The notes beneath the pieces are model-generated. The model worked only from the letters and a program-made list of their open reading frames with translations, made no database searches and was not told the origin of the DNA. Made by a program: the position numbers and the translations under genes. 64,000 nucleotides of DNA from Diplonema japonicum (Eukaryota > Protista > Euglenozoa: Diplonemea): contig OZ025685.1 of NCBI GenBank assembly GCA_964019335.1, forward strand, positions 434,001 through 498,000. Direction: 5' to 3'. Of the stretch, positions 1 through 10,520 are shown in pieces. Positions within the stretch are counted from its first letter, which is position 1. Every line of letters starts with the position of its first letter.

Positions 1-16
1 TTGAAAAAAAAAATAG

Positions 17-780
17 TGTCCCCCAAGGACGTGGTGGTAGTGGAAATCATCCCAGAGCTGAGGCAGAAAATCGAAACCACCTATGGTGTTCAAACGACCG
101 CCGACGCTTCCTCCGGCGTAGCAAGCAGCGACATTGTGGTCATTTGTGTAAAACCCCACATGATACAAAAAGTGATGAAAAGTATCAATCCTGCTCTCGC
201 CAGCAATAAGCTATACATCAGCATCGCAGCTGGTGTTGATCTTCAGACGCTCAACGGAATGTTGAAAGAAAGCCACGGGACAAGGTGGATCAGAGTAATG
301 CCCAACATAGCCTGTACCTTAGGGGAGAGCGCGTCCTCTTATACACCTGACGCCGCCTGTACCAAGGCAGATATTGAGGTGGCTAATGAGATTCTTTCTG
401 CGTGTGGGTTGGCTGTGATGCTTGCAGACGAGCACCTTCTCAACGCGGCCACTGGTGTTGCGGGCAGTGGGATAGCGTATGTATTCCTCTTCATTGAAGG
501 CCTTGCAGACGGTGGTGTCCGTGCTGGTCTCCCCCGTGCCACTGCGCTTTCCCTTGCAGCACAGACGGTGCTTGGTGCCTCTAAGATGGTCCTTTCCAAC
601 CCCCCTTCGCATCCTGGTGTTCTTAAAGATGCCGTGTGTTCCCCAGGCGGCACCACCATTGAGGCTGTCGCCTCCCTCGAGCGCAGCGGTCTTCGCTCGG
701 CCGTCATCGAAGCCGTCACTGCCGCCTCGCAGAAGTCCATCGCTCTTGGGGAAAAGGCTAAGGCTAAGGCTAAACTGTAA
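17..780 (+). CDS. proC: Pyrroline-5-carboxylate reductase, last exon (5' part lies outside the window)
   Basis: Motifs ICVKP, SIAAGV, RVMPN, GSGIAY and the C-terminal signature VCSPGGTTIEAV. Bases 1-16 (ttgaaaaaaaaaatAG) look like the 3' end of an A-rich intron. Confidence 0.93.
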
Positions 781-901
781 AAATGAAGGATTTGAAAAAA
801 AAAAAAAGAAAAGAAGTGTCATTGAGTTATTCAATGGGGTTTTTTCCCCTTTTTTTGGAAGACAATTAACCAAGCCCCAAAAAAGAAGGCCAGGGGCAGG
901 G

Positions 902-3367
902 ATGTCGAAGATGGCAAAGGAGCTGCTTGCGAAGCGTGGCCAGCCGAACCCCCCAAGCAAAGGGCACCCGACGCGGGCAAGCTCGTGGCCAACAGCGGTG
1001 GAGAAGGACAGAACGGATGAGGTGCGGAATAATGAAGGGCTGACCTCTGAGCAGTATGTCCGCATTTTGAGCAAGAAGCTCAGCGAGCAGAAGACAGAAC
1101 TAGAGAGCAGGACGGATGCCATCAACTCGGTGCAGCGGAACTTCGAGAGCCTCTCTGACATGTACTCCTCAGAGAGAACGGCCTTCCAGACCACAGCTAT
1201 GCGTTTGAAGGAGTACGAGGAGACCGTCTCACGCCTGCGGACGGAGGTCAAAGTCAACAGCATCGCAAGGAAGGAGCTCGAGGCACTGGAGGCAGAGCAC
1301 GCACGGCATAAAGAGTGCGCAAGCGAGTCGCAGCGCATGTTGCAAGCGAGCCTGACGGCTGCCGAGAACGGGAACGCGAAGCTGCGTGCCACTGTAAACG
1401 AATTGCAGAAAAAAGTGCTCGGCATGCAAGCTGCTGATAGGGAGAAGGTCGAGGAAGCGGGAGAGTTGCAGGGACGTCTCTCTGTGTTCCAAAAAGGGTT
1501 CGAGGGGTCCTGTGCGCTGCTGGGATGTGAGAGCGTGCGTGTTGGAGCAGAACAGTCAGAGCGTGCTGCCACGGCGTACTTTGCTGCGGTGAGGGACGCG
1601 CATGAGAAGGCGGGGCGGTGTGCTGTCATGGAGGAGGCAGCGCGCAAGACTGACACAAACATCGAGCACTTGCAGGCGGCATTGGCATCTGAGCAGCAGC
1701 AGTCCATGTTGCTGAACACTTACAAGGCGTACGTGGCGTCCGTGAACTCGAAGCTCGAAGCGTGCAACAAGCACTTCGGAGGGCAGCCCTTCATCAAGGA
1801 CTACGGGTGGCGCGTTGAAGACGACAGCCTCGTCGCCTTCTTCTCATCCGCTACGGAGCTCACCGTGCGTGTCGCAGAGTGCGACGATCTATGCATCTCT
1901 CTCGACAGGGCACGTGCCGACCTCGCAGCAGAGCGTAGCAAGACCGCCGACGTCGCTGCAAAGCTCGCTTCCACACAACAGGAATACGAGCAGCTGTGGA
2001 GAGAGTACACCGCCGCACGCGAGTCAGAACACGAAGCAGAGCAGCAGCACAGGCAGCAGCAGGTCGAGAACGAAACAAACTCAAAGAACGCGTTAGAAGC
2101 GGCACGCGATGAAGCTGCAAAATGGAAGTCTGAAGCAAGCAGGAAGATTGAAAAACTAAAACAGGAAACCGACGAGGAAATGAGCGGCATCAGAAAGGAG
2201 TCGGAGCGGCTGCTGCAGCAAGAGACGGACAGGCTACAGCGCAAGATAAAGGAACGAGAGAGGGAAATGGAGGCAAGGGAGAAAGCGTGGAAAGAAAAAG
2301 AATTCGACTTCTCAACCGCGCTAGCAAAGGAGAAAGAAATCGAGCAAGCGAGGGAAAGGGAACGAGAGGCTGCCCGTGTACAAGCGGCGAAGGAAGCATC
2401 GCAGAAAAGTAAGGTGCACCTGGAACTCACACAAAGCTTAGAGAACCTGACGGCACTACTACGCACGGCAAGGGGCGATGCGGACATGTCACGCGCACAG
2501 CTGAAGAATGCAGAGGACAGGCACACACAAGAGACAACCGAACTCAACGTGAAGATTACAGATCTTCAATCACTGCTCCAGAATGCACACAACACAGGGG
2601 AAGCACACCACCGGGACAAGGAGGGGGTGATGTCTCAACTACAAACAGCGAAAGACGAAACAGCAGAGTTAAGACAAAAACTCGAAGGGTACGCCGCAAC
2701 GAGGAACGAGTTCGAAAGGCTGCAGAGCAGCAACAAGGAACTAGAAGCAGAGGTCGGACGGCTGCATAAATCTCTACGAGAAACCCAACACCACCTCGAC
2801 GAAGCGAAGGAACAAGCCGAAGGGGCACAAGTGATGTCCTCAAAAGTCGCAAGACTGAGCGAGGAACTCAAGAGGTGGCAAGAAGACGCTTCAGGGTGGG
2901 AGAAGAAATATACTTCCTTACAACAATCTACATCCGCGATGCAGGCAAAGGTGAAGGAGGCAGAGGAAGCACGAGAAAAGGCAACCAAGTACGCAGCCGA
3001 CCTCAGCGAGAAAGAGCAGTCCGTCACAGAGACCCTGAACCTCCTCCGATCCGTGCAACAAGAGACAGCAAGAACCATAAAAAAGCTCATCACCTCGGAA
3101 GATGCGTCTGAGTCGTCCTACACCTGCCTCAGCTGCCTCGATACCATGAAATCCCCTACTCTATGCAACCCATGCGGGCATGCATTTTGCTTCTCATGCA
3201 TACACAAGTCGGAGACATGTCTAGAATGCTCCGAAGACGTCACCGCGCACATCCCGCTCCGTACTTTCGACATTTTAGTGGGACGCTTCCTGTACCGGAA
3301 GCAGGTTCTGCACGACCTGGAGGCGGCGCTGGAGAACGCCTCGGGACGGCGGCAAAGCATATTGTGA
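902..3367 (+). CDS. Long coiled-coil protein with C-terminal RING-HC finger (putative E3 ligase)
   Basis: Likely ATG at 902. About 700 aa of E/K/Q/A-rich heptad sequence, then CLSC..PCGHAFCFSC..CLEC. Confidence 0.8.
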   Translation: MSKMAKELLAKRGQPNPPSKGHPTRASSWPTAVEKDRTDEVRNNEGLTSEQYVRILSKKLSEQKTELESRTDAINSVQRNFESLSDMYSSERTAFQTTAMRLKEYEETVSRLRTEVKVNSIARKELEALEAEHARHKECASESQRMLQASLTAAENGNAKLRATVNELQKKVLGMQAADREKVEEAGELQGRLSVFQKGFEGSCALLGCESVRVGAEQSERAATAYFAAVRDAHEKAGRCAVMEEAARKTDTNIEHLQAALASEQQQSMLLNTYKAYVASVNSKLEACNKHFGGQPFIKDYGWRVEDDSLVAFFSSATELTVRVAECDDLCISLDRARADLAAERSKTADVAAKLASTQQEYEQLWREYTAARESEHEAEQQHRQQQVENETNSKNALEAARDEAAKWKSEASRKIEKLKQETDEEMSGIRKESERLLQQETDRLQRKIKEREREMEAREKAWKEKEFDFSTALAKEKEIEQAREREREAARVQAAKEASQKSKVHLELTQSLENLTALLRTARGDADMSRAQLKNAEDRHTQETTELNVKITDLQSLLQNAHNTGEAHHRDKEGVMSQLQTAKDETAELRQKLEGYAATRNEFERLQSSNKELEAEVGRLHKSLRETQHHLDEAKEQAEGAQVMSSKVARLSEELKRWQEDASGWEKKYTSLQQSTSAMQAKVKEAEEAREKATKYAADLSEKEQSVTETLNLLRSVQQETARTIKKLITSEDASESSYTCLSCLDTMKSPTLCNPCGHAFCFSCIHKSETCLECSEDVTAHIPLRTFDILVGRFLYRKQVLHDLEAALENASGRRQSIL

Positions 3368-3505
3368 ATAAAAAAAAAAGCTTTTATTATTATTATTTTT
3401 TTTTCATCCACACACCCCCTTTGTTTTTATTTTTTATTGTTCACAAAACCCCCCCCCCAACAAATAAAGGAAGAGGAGAGGGGGAAAAAAAAAAGAAAAA
3501 AAGAA

Positions 3506-4504
3506 ATGAAGCCCCTCGCAAGCATAATTGTGCTGTGTGCTGTGGGAACATGCGGTGCCGCAGAATCAATGAGCTTTCTAGCAATTGGCGACTGGGGGGG
3601 TAAGAACAACTCAGAGCCGGCGACACCAGGCGAAGTCGACAACAACAAAGGAATGGGCCACGCTGCCGACCAGCTTGGCGACGTTCAGTTCGTGCTTGCA
3701 ATGGGAGACAACTTCTACGAAGACGGGATATGGGGCAACGAGTACTGCAGCAGGTTTGGAACAACCTTCGAGGAAGTCTTCACAGCACCTAGACTGCAGG
3801 TCCCTTGGTACCTTGTCGCGGGCAACCACGACTACCTGGGTAACGTCACAGCACAGATAGAATACTCAAAACACTCCGCACGCTGGAACTTCCCTTCCCA
3901 CTACTACTCCTTCACGAAGAACTTCACAACCTCCACCAACACCACCATAACAACGGAGATCATATACCTTGACACAGTAATACTGACAGGAATGTCCCAT
4001 CATGACCCGGTCACTGGTGTTACTGTAGCACCTCCTGGACCAGCTGACCTGCATCTAGCTGAAACGCAGTACCAATGGTTGGAGGATACCCTTGCGAAAT
4101 CTCAAGCAGATTATTTATGGGTGTCTGGTCATTACCCTGTGTACTCGCAGTGTGTCCACGGGCCTACATTTCTCCTTATCGAGCAGGTTCTGCCGTTGTT
4201 GAAGAAGTACAAGGCGAGCGGGTATGCTAGCGGGCATGACCATTGTCTCGGGCATTTTGAGCAGGATGGTCTGTCGTTTATTCTCTCTGGTGCTGGAAAG
4301 GAATGTTGCTACAGCCCCAAGCACGCCGATGCGCTTCCTGCCAACATCACCAAGTTCCACATGGACAGCCACAATAAATATGGTTCCGACGGGGGGTTTG
4401 CTTCGTTTACCGTTACCTCCGAGTACACAACTGTCAAGTACTACAGTGACAACGGGACTGTGCTCTTTACGTCTGACCCCATCTTTCCAAGGGTGAGAGC
4501 GTGA
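3506..4504 (+). CDS. Secreted purple acid phosphatase, ACP5/TRAP-like
   Basis: Signal peptide MKPLASIIVLCAVG. All metal motifs present: GDWG, GDNFY, GNHD, GHYP, GHDH. Confidence 0.92.
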   Translation: MKPLASIIVLCAVGTCGAAESMSFLAIGDWGGKNNSEPATPGEVDNNKGMGHAADQLGDVQFVLAMGDNFYEDGIWGNEYCSRFGTTFEEVFTAPRLQVPWYLVAGNHDYLGNVTAQIEYSKHSARWNFPSHYYSFTKNFTTSTNTTITTEIIYLDTVILTGMSHHDPVTGVTVAPPGPADLHLAETQYQWLEDTLAKSQADYLWVSGHYPVYSQCVHGPTFLLIEQVLPLLKKYKASGYASGHDHCLGHFEQDGLSFILSGAGKECCYSPKHADALPANITKFHMDSHNKYGSDGGFASFTVTSEYTTVKYYSDNGTVLFTSDPIFPRVRA

Positions 4505-4593
4505 AAGAATGGAGTGGGGAGTAAAAAAAGGGGGGGTTTTTTTTTAAGAATTTGTTATTACCATGTGATTTGGATTTTCATCCTCCCCCCGAG

Positions 4594-4641
<48 letters not shown>

Positions 4642-5395
4642 CGTATTTGCAGGTTGAGCTGATCGCCACTTTCTCCCTTTTTTTTCTCCTTTTTTTTCTT
4701 CTTTCTCCAACGAAATCTAGGTTTTTTTTTGTTCCTTAAAGCGACAAGCAGAAAGAGGAAAAAAAAAAAAAAAAAAAAGAAAAAAAGAAAAACACAAAAG
4801 GCTTTTCAAAAAGTCACACCCTCTCTTGTTTTTTTTCTTCTTTCTTGTTATTATTTCTTTTTTTTTTTTTTTTTTTTCCCCTGTCATTCCCACAAAGAAG
4901 AAGAAAAAAAAAGGGGGAAAAAAAGGAAACCTCCTAGCTAGACCCTAAGTTTTAAAAACTGCTCAAAAATCAACCCCCTTAGTTTGGGAACAAATGCCCA
5001 AGGTCTATCTCGGTCCCCCAATTAGGGTTTCGAAACACTCTTATGCACGTTGTTTCTGAAAATTTAGACTCCGAAGCTTCAAGCTAGACGTGCTGTTGTA
5101 GGCACAAACAGGTAAAAGGGTTTACTTGAGGCACTGCGTGGGAATGCCTCCACGGTTGCAATTCCTCAAAATACCGCAGCAAGCGGAAGCTGGACCTTTC
5201 CATCCCTGGCAATAGGTTTACACTCAGCACCAGTTTAACCCCATCCCGGGCGTTTTAAAAAAAAAAAAAAAAAAGAAAAAAAAAAACCACGCCGAAACCA
5301 TTATTTCCACAGGTTTCAAGGGGGTGGTGGGGAAGAAGGGAAGGCTGTGGTTTGAGCAAAAAAAAAAAAAAAAAAGAAAAAAAAAAGGGGGGAAA

Positions 5396-8300
5396 ATGTC
5401 AATACCAAAACTGATACAACTGACGTTGTTAGCAGCGGCAGTAATGGCGGCCACCTCGGAACGGTATTTTCTGTTGACGTCGGACGGGCCCTGGGAGCTG
5501 TCCAGCTGGGACGACACCGTGCAGCAGGAGTTCATCACAGACTTGTTGAACATAACGAACCTAACAAGCAACGCCTTAAGAATATATGAACTCAACACCC
5601 AACGGCTCGTGGTAGCCTTGCAAGACGGGACCAAAGCAGCCGAAATAGACAGCATACTAGCAACAGAGGAAGCAAAATCCCTCCTCGGCGAGTACAACGT
5701 AACAGGACACGAGCTGCTACCCGTTGTAGCCGACGGTACCCCCTGCTCAAATAACACCGATTGCGGCGAAGGACAGTACTGCTCGAAGAACAAATGCGAG
5801 CCATGCACTGCCACCACCTGCCAAGGCGTCAACTGCGACAAGTTCGTTAAAGGTGTCTGCGCCGCTGACACATTTTCTTCAACAAACCTCACCATGACAT
5901 CCAACATAGAAACCTGGACACTATCGACTCAAGATGCTTTTTTAACTGACCTAGCCTACATATCACCGTCCATCTCCCGAGATCAACTATCATCGGGTGG
6001 TGTCTACCCTGGGTCCGTTATTTTCACGGTGGTACTTCATGTTCCTGCCTCGGAGGCAGCGTCGCTTGCGGGAACCACGTCCAGCTTGAAGAGATATGTC
6101 AGGGTGAACGTTGCGTTTTTGAACAAATGGGGGGTGACGGCGGTGAACGGGGTGACGATACCAGGTAGCGGGGGATCGTCTGGGAAAAACATTGTCCTCA
6201 TCGTGCTACTTGCGTTGATCTTCGTTCTGTTCATCATCGGGGGGTCCGTGTCTTACTTGGCTCTTTGCAGAAAGGACAAGCAAGCTGACGATAGTGAAAA
6301 GGAAGATGTTATCGAGATCACCGTGCCCCCATCGCCTTCTGGTATGAAAAGCGCAATGAGAAGAACCGACCAATGCGAGCCCTCACCGAAGAAAATAACA
6401 TACGACACGGACAACGTGGAGGAAGACCGCAACGATGGCAGCGATGCGGACGGTGTCTCGCCTGTGTTACAGCCGGTTGTAACGCCGGAGATGCTTCTAG
6501 AGCAGCCTTTCGCAACGGTTTGTAAGAAGTTCCCGAGGTTTAAAGTGCACGTCGAAAAGTTCACCCCGAGCAAGCAAACCGGGTTGGAGTCCAGGTGGTC
6601 GTTGGAGAAAATCGGAAAGCTCCGCCACCCCCTTGAAACATGGATAAAACGTGGGTTATTCGGTACATCACCAACGCCAACGCCAACACCAACACCGCCA
6701 CCTGCCGCATCACCAGTTTCTTCTCCAAGGGGAAAGGTCTCAAAAGGACACCGACCCCGTGGAATTCAAGACCTCCCACCATGCGCTGACGCGGTCCACC
6801 CTGTTGTCACCATCTCCTTTAATATTTCTGTCGACGAGTACTACAAGGTTTTGGGCAACGATGTGAAATCGTTAGTGGGAAGGGTGTCCGGTTGTACCGA
6901 CGAAGATGTCCAGATCATCGAGGTTATCGAAGGGTCCACCATTCTACGTGTCCGGTTCAAGGAAGGCCTCACAAACGAAGCACGCGTCTTCGCCGAACAG
7001 TTTGCTGCATCAGACGAGTTCGCTCCGTTCAAACCGATAAAAGCCACGATGGAGGCACAGGAGACCTTTCAAACCGTTCCTCTAGTTGTATATTTCAGAG
7101 AGTCGCCTCGTGACCACTGGGTCATGGCGTCGCTTCCCGAAAGACGCCAGGAAGCCTCATCACAAGGATACACACTGCTGCCATTCCTCGTCTTGGGTTC
7201 CGTGTATAGGTCCGCCGTGCCTTCCAAAACCACACCATTGTTCTCAATGTACTCGCAGGTTCTGGACGATCACATTTTAATCACGGAAGCGGGTTTAAAC
7301 TACGCGAAGCTGCAAGGGTACACCGTTGTCAGTCTGGAAGGGCACATCCTGACAGCGTTGGATGCCGGGGAAGAGGGCGAGGACTGCCGCCCCCTTGCAG
7401 AGTTCCGTTGCAAACGCGACGATCAGTTCGAAATCCGCGAGAAGAACGGAGAGAAACACATTCTACTACCCGATGCCGGGATGCTTTTATACAGCCCTTC
7501 ATCGGCCCCTGTGGAACGGCATGAATACGTGTTATCAATACAACAAAAGGTAAAGGACAACTCTGCTGGGTTGAAGATAACGACCGAGGATGCTGTGTAC
7601 AAGCTCCGCCTTCCGTCTGTCGGCACGCTTGAGGCATTCCGTGACAGGTTGGGGGTAGTGTGCTCAGAGGCAAATGTTTCCCACAATCTTGTCGATCCCT
7701 TCGGGGTCCCGCAAGTTCCTCCCACCCTTCTTGATCATATGTACCATCCGCTCAGCAACGATGCTAGCAGTGTGACTGTCGGGGGAGCTGCACTTCTCGC
7801 TTTACAAGACGATGTCTCGCAGAGCTGTCCGTATGTCCGTGCGAACGACAACATCCTCGGCTACACCATCATGAACGAGGGGAGGATTGGTGTGGAGACG
7901 AAGCCGCCGTCTTTCGAGGTTGGCATGACTCCTGGTGCTGCCGGGTCAGAAACAAATGTCGAATCTGCTGACATAACCGATGGTGATTTCCACTCTCTTG
8001 GAACCACCGATACTTGCGAGCCCATTGGCGGGTTCAACGAAGACGAAGAGGACGAGAAGGAGACGCTCGAGGAGCAACAACCTGTACAGCGGTATATGTT
8101 CCCGGGTAGCCAAAGGAGCGCCAGCGTCACTAGTATCCAGGGCCGGGGGCCTGTAGCCATGATGCATGAACTAAAGGCGAAATCGTGTATACCGAAATCC
8201 ATTACAAGCGGCGCAGTTGGAAAGTCTGTCCGCCCTGAACGGTACTCTCCTTTCTCGTCGACTTCTTTCGGTAGATATAGTTCGCCCCCTCCTGCCCCTG

Positions 8301-8602
8301 CCCCTGCTCCTGTACCCGTTCCTGTTCCTGTTCCTGTTCCGGTTGCTGCGGTTCATCGTTATCAAACACCTGAAGTGAAGTTTCACAATGAGGTCAATGA
8401 GGTTGACTCGGTGCATGCATCTTCGTACCCGTCTTCTACTGCTTCGTCTTCTGAGGTTAATACGCACTCTTATGCTGACACGCAAGAGGATGACAATCAC
8501 TTTAAAGGCATTGCATGGGGCAGTCGAGCATCCACCTCCCGCCCGTCCGTCGGGCAGCTTTTCCAAAAAACCGACGACCGTTACCCCACCACCCTGCGGT
8601 GA
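5396..8602 (+). CDS. Type I single-pass membrane protein: signal peptide, Cys-rich ectodomain, TM helix, large multi-domain tail
   Basis: Signal MSIPKLIQLTLLAAAVMA; Cys cluster; TM IVLIVLLALIFVLFIIGGSVSYLALC followed by RKDK; DUF5648-like repeats and Pro-rich tracts downstream. Confidence 0.75.
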   Translation: MSIPKLIQLTLLAAAVMAATSERYFLLTSDGPWELSSWDDTVQQEFITDLLNITNLTSNALRIYELNTQRLVVALQDGTKAAEIDSILATEEAKSLLGEYNVTGHELLPVVADGTPCSNNTDCGEGQYCSKNKCEPCTATTCQGVNCDKFVKGVCAADTFSSTNLTMTSNIETWTLSTQDAFLTDLAYISPSISRDQLSSGGVYPGSVIFTVVLHVPASEAASLAGTTSSLKRYVRVNVAFLNKWGVTAVNGVTIPGSGGSSGKNIVLIVLLALIFVLFIIGGSVSYLALCRKDKQADDSEKEDVIEITVPPSPSGMKSAMRRTDQCEPSPKKITYDTDNVEEDRNDGSDADGVSPVLQPVVTPEMLLEQPFATVCKKFPRFKVHVEKFTPSKQTGLESRWSLEKIGKLRHPLETWIKRGLFGTSPTPTPTPTPPPAASPVSSPRGKVSKGHRPRGIQDLPPCADAVHPVVTISFNISVDEYYKVLGNDVKSLVGRVSGCTDEDVQIIEVIEGSTILRVRFKEGLTNEARVFAEQFAASDEFAPFKPIKATMEAQETFQTVPLVVYFRESPRDHWVMASLPERRQEASSQGYTLLPFLVLGSVYRSAVPSKTTPLFSMYSQVLDDHILITEAGLNYAKLQGYTVVSLEGHILTALDAGEEGEDCRPLAEFRCKRDDQFEIREKNGEKHILLPDAGMLLYSPSSAPVERHEYVLSIQQKVKDNSAGLKITTEDAVYKLRLPSVGTLEAFRDRLGVVCSEANVSHNLVDPFGVPQVPPTLLDHMYHPLSNDASSVTVGGAALLALQDDVSQSCPYVRANDNILGYTIMNEGRIGVETKPPSFEVGMTPGAAGSETNVESADITDGDFHSLGTTDTCEPIGGFNEDEEDEKETLEEQQPVQRYMFPGSQRSASVTSIQGRGPVAMMHELKAKSCIPKSITSGAVGKSVRPERYSPFSSTSFGRYSSPPPAPAPAPVPVPVPVPVPVAAVHRYQTPEVKFHNEVNEVDSVHASSYPSSTASSSEVNTHSYADTQEDDNHFKGIAWGSRASTSRPSVGQLFQKTDDRYPTTLR

Positions 8603-8856
8603 CTTTTTTTTTTTTTTTTTTTTTTTGAAGGGAAAAAAAAAAAAAAAGGAAAAAAAAAAAAAGAAGCAACAATTGTATAAAATAATTCTTAAAAAAAAAC
8701 CCCCTCTTTTCTATTTACACATTTCTTTTTTGTTTTTTTTTTTTTTTTTTTGTTTTTTCAAACCGACGGGGGGGAAGAAAAAAAAAAGGGAAAAAAAAAT
8801 CCATAGGCGAGGGGGGGTGTTCAGGGGAGGGAAAACGGGTGGGGGCCGTCAAAAAG

Positions 8857-10071
8857 ATGGCATCGCCACGGGAGTTCAAAACCCCCCCGAGGAAGATCAT
8901 CGTCGAGGAGGTGAAGCTTAGCGACGCGGCCCAACTCAGCGAAAACGTGTCCCTCGAAGAAATAGACGAGGTGGCCGCCTTAGGAGAGGTATCCACACAT
9001 TTCTTCTTTTAAACAAGAAAAAAAAAAAAAAAAAAAGGTCTCCTACTCAAGCTACGAAGAAGGTCTCGAGGATGACATGACCTCAGTGACAACTCTCACC
9101 ACACCTGGAAGCCCTGTGTCGATTCTTCACGACTTTGAACTGCCTCCTTGGGTAGACTCCGCGACCATTACGGGCCGTGAAAGACTTGGCAAAGACCAAC
9201 CCTTGAAATTTATCATCCAAGTTAAAGAAGGCGGGAAGGAGCCCTGGGAAGCACGCAGGAGGTACACGGATTTCGTGCTGTTAAAAAGCAAATTAAAACG
9301 ACACTGCAATATGAAAATAGACTTCCCAGGCAGGCTGCTACGAGCAAGTACCTCTGGTCTCGACACTCGTCAGAGACTTCTGAACCGCTACCTCAACATG
9401 GCGATCACAGCATCGGGGCAGTATAGTAAAATGCAAAATATTCTTGCGTCGTTTCTAGGTTTCTCAGAGGCTGATCGCTGGCAAGAGGCCACAGGACCAT
9501 CTCCACCACCTCCATCGCCCACACAGCCTTCCACACCGGAAAAGGATCCCGCCATGAAAAAGCTAATTGAGTTAACGGGTAAAGAAGCGCAAGTGAGAGG
9601 CAACCTTGGTGTCCAGCAGCATTCCTGTTTCCTCGAGCTTTCTAGGCACTACGCTGATCTTGTGGACACATATCAAGAAGCATTAGCTGGGTTGGTTTTG
9701 AAAAGCTCTCCTTGGGTAAAGGCTGTCGTGACTGGTCGGGTTGAGGAAAAATCCCGTCCCACCGCATATCAGGTTACAGTCACCGCCGATCACGGGGAAT
9801 CGTGGGTTGTGATGCGCAGGTTTAATGAATTTGCTTGTGTATGTGGGGGAGGGGGGGGAATAAAATATTATTGCAGCTTCGTGAGTCGCTTCGTGAAGTG
9901 GTATCTACGCCGGACCCTCCTTTTCCTTCCCGTCTCTTCTTCAAGCCGTCACCTGCTGCTCTGGACTCCCGGCAGGCGATGCTGGGCGAGTACTTGAGCA
10001 CAATGGTGGTCGCGTCCCAGCCTTCCAGTGCCATGAGGCAAATTGTGTCGAAGTTTGTTTGTGCTGTGTGA
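8857..10071 (+). CDS. Tandem PX-domain protein, 3 exons: 8857-8988, 9038-9838, 9877-10071
   Basis: Removing introns 8989-9037 (GTATCC..AAAAAG) and 9839-9876 (GTATGT..TTGCAG) restores the frame. Two PX signatures: RRRYTDF..FPGR..RQRLLNRYL and RRFNEF..FPSR..RQAMLGEYL. Confidence 0.85.
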
Positions 10072-10183
10072 ACAACAATAAAAAAAAAAAAAAAAAAAAA
10101 AAACGTTTTTTTTTTCTTCTCTTTTCCCTTCTTTTTCTTATCTTCTTTTTTTTTTTTTTTTAAGAAAAAAAGATGGTGGGGAA

Positions 10184-10184
10184 A

Positions 10185-10210
<26 letters not shown>
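10184..10210. repeat. (GA)n microsatellite
   Basis: Uninterrupted AG dinucleotide run. Confidence 0.9.
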
Positions 10211-10215
<5 letters not shown>

Positions 10216-10349
10216 AAACAAAATTCTTTTTTTTTTTGTTTGTCATTTTTTTTTTATCAGAACGGTTGTCATTGTTGCACTTCTTTCTTTTTTTTTAAAA
10301 TTCGAAAGTACTTTTTTCTTTTTTCAAGCGGAGTTCCTCCCTGTTCATT

Positions 10350-10520
10350 ATTTTTTTGCCGGTCCCGACTTGCGTCCCGACGGTGACTTTACACAACCTT
10401 TTACCTGCTTGGCTAAGGGGGGTGCCGCATTATCCATGTGAACCCTTGTCTGGTCTATTCCCGAACACTCTCCACCATCATAGTGTTTACAGAGATGTAG
10501 ATTTTGGGGCACAAAGACCC
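10350..10520 (-). pseudogene. Possible decayed Tc1/mariner (IS630-type) transposase fragment
   Basis: Minus-strand translation RVHMDNAAPPLAKQVKGCV resembles the second-Asp motif hHhDNAxPHxAxxVxxxL, with H replaced by P. It sits as an isolated complex island in low-complexity DNA. Confidence 0.35.

Noticed and set aside
5204-5250. CCCTGGC, the start of the ingi/L1Tc 77-79-bp signature (HDV-like ribozyme)
   Set aside because: The following sequence lacks the complementary GCCAGGG and the rest of the signature.
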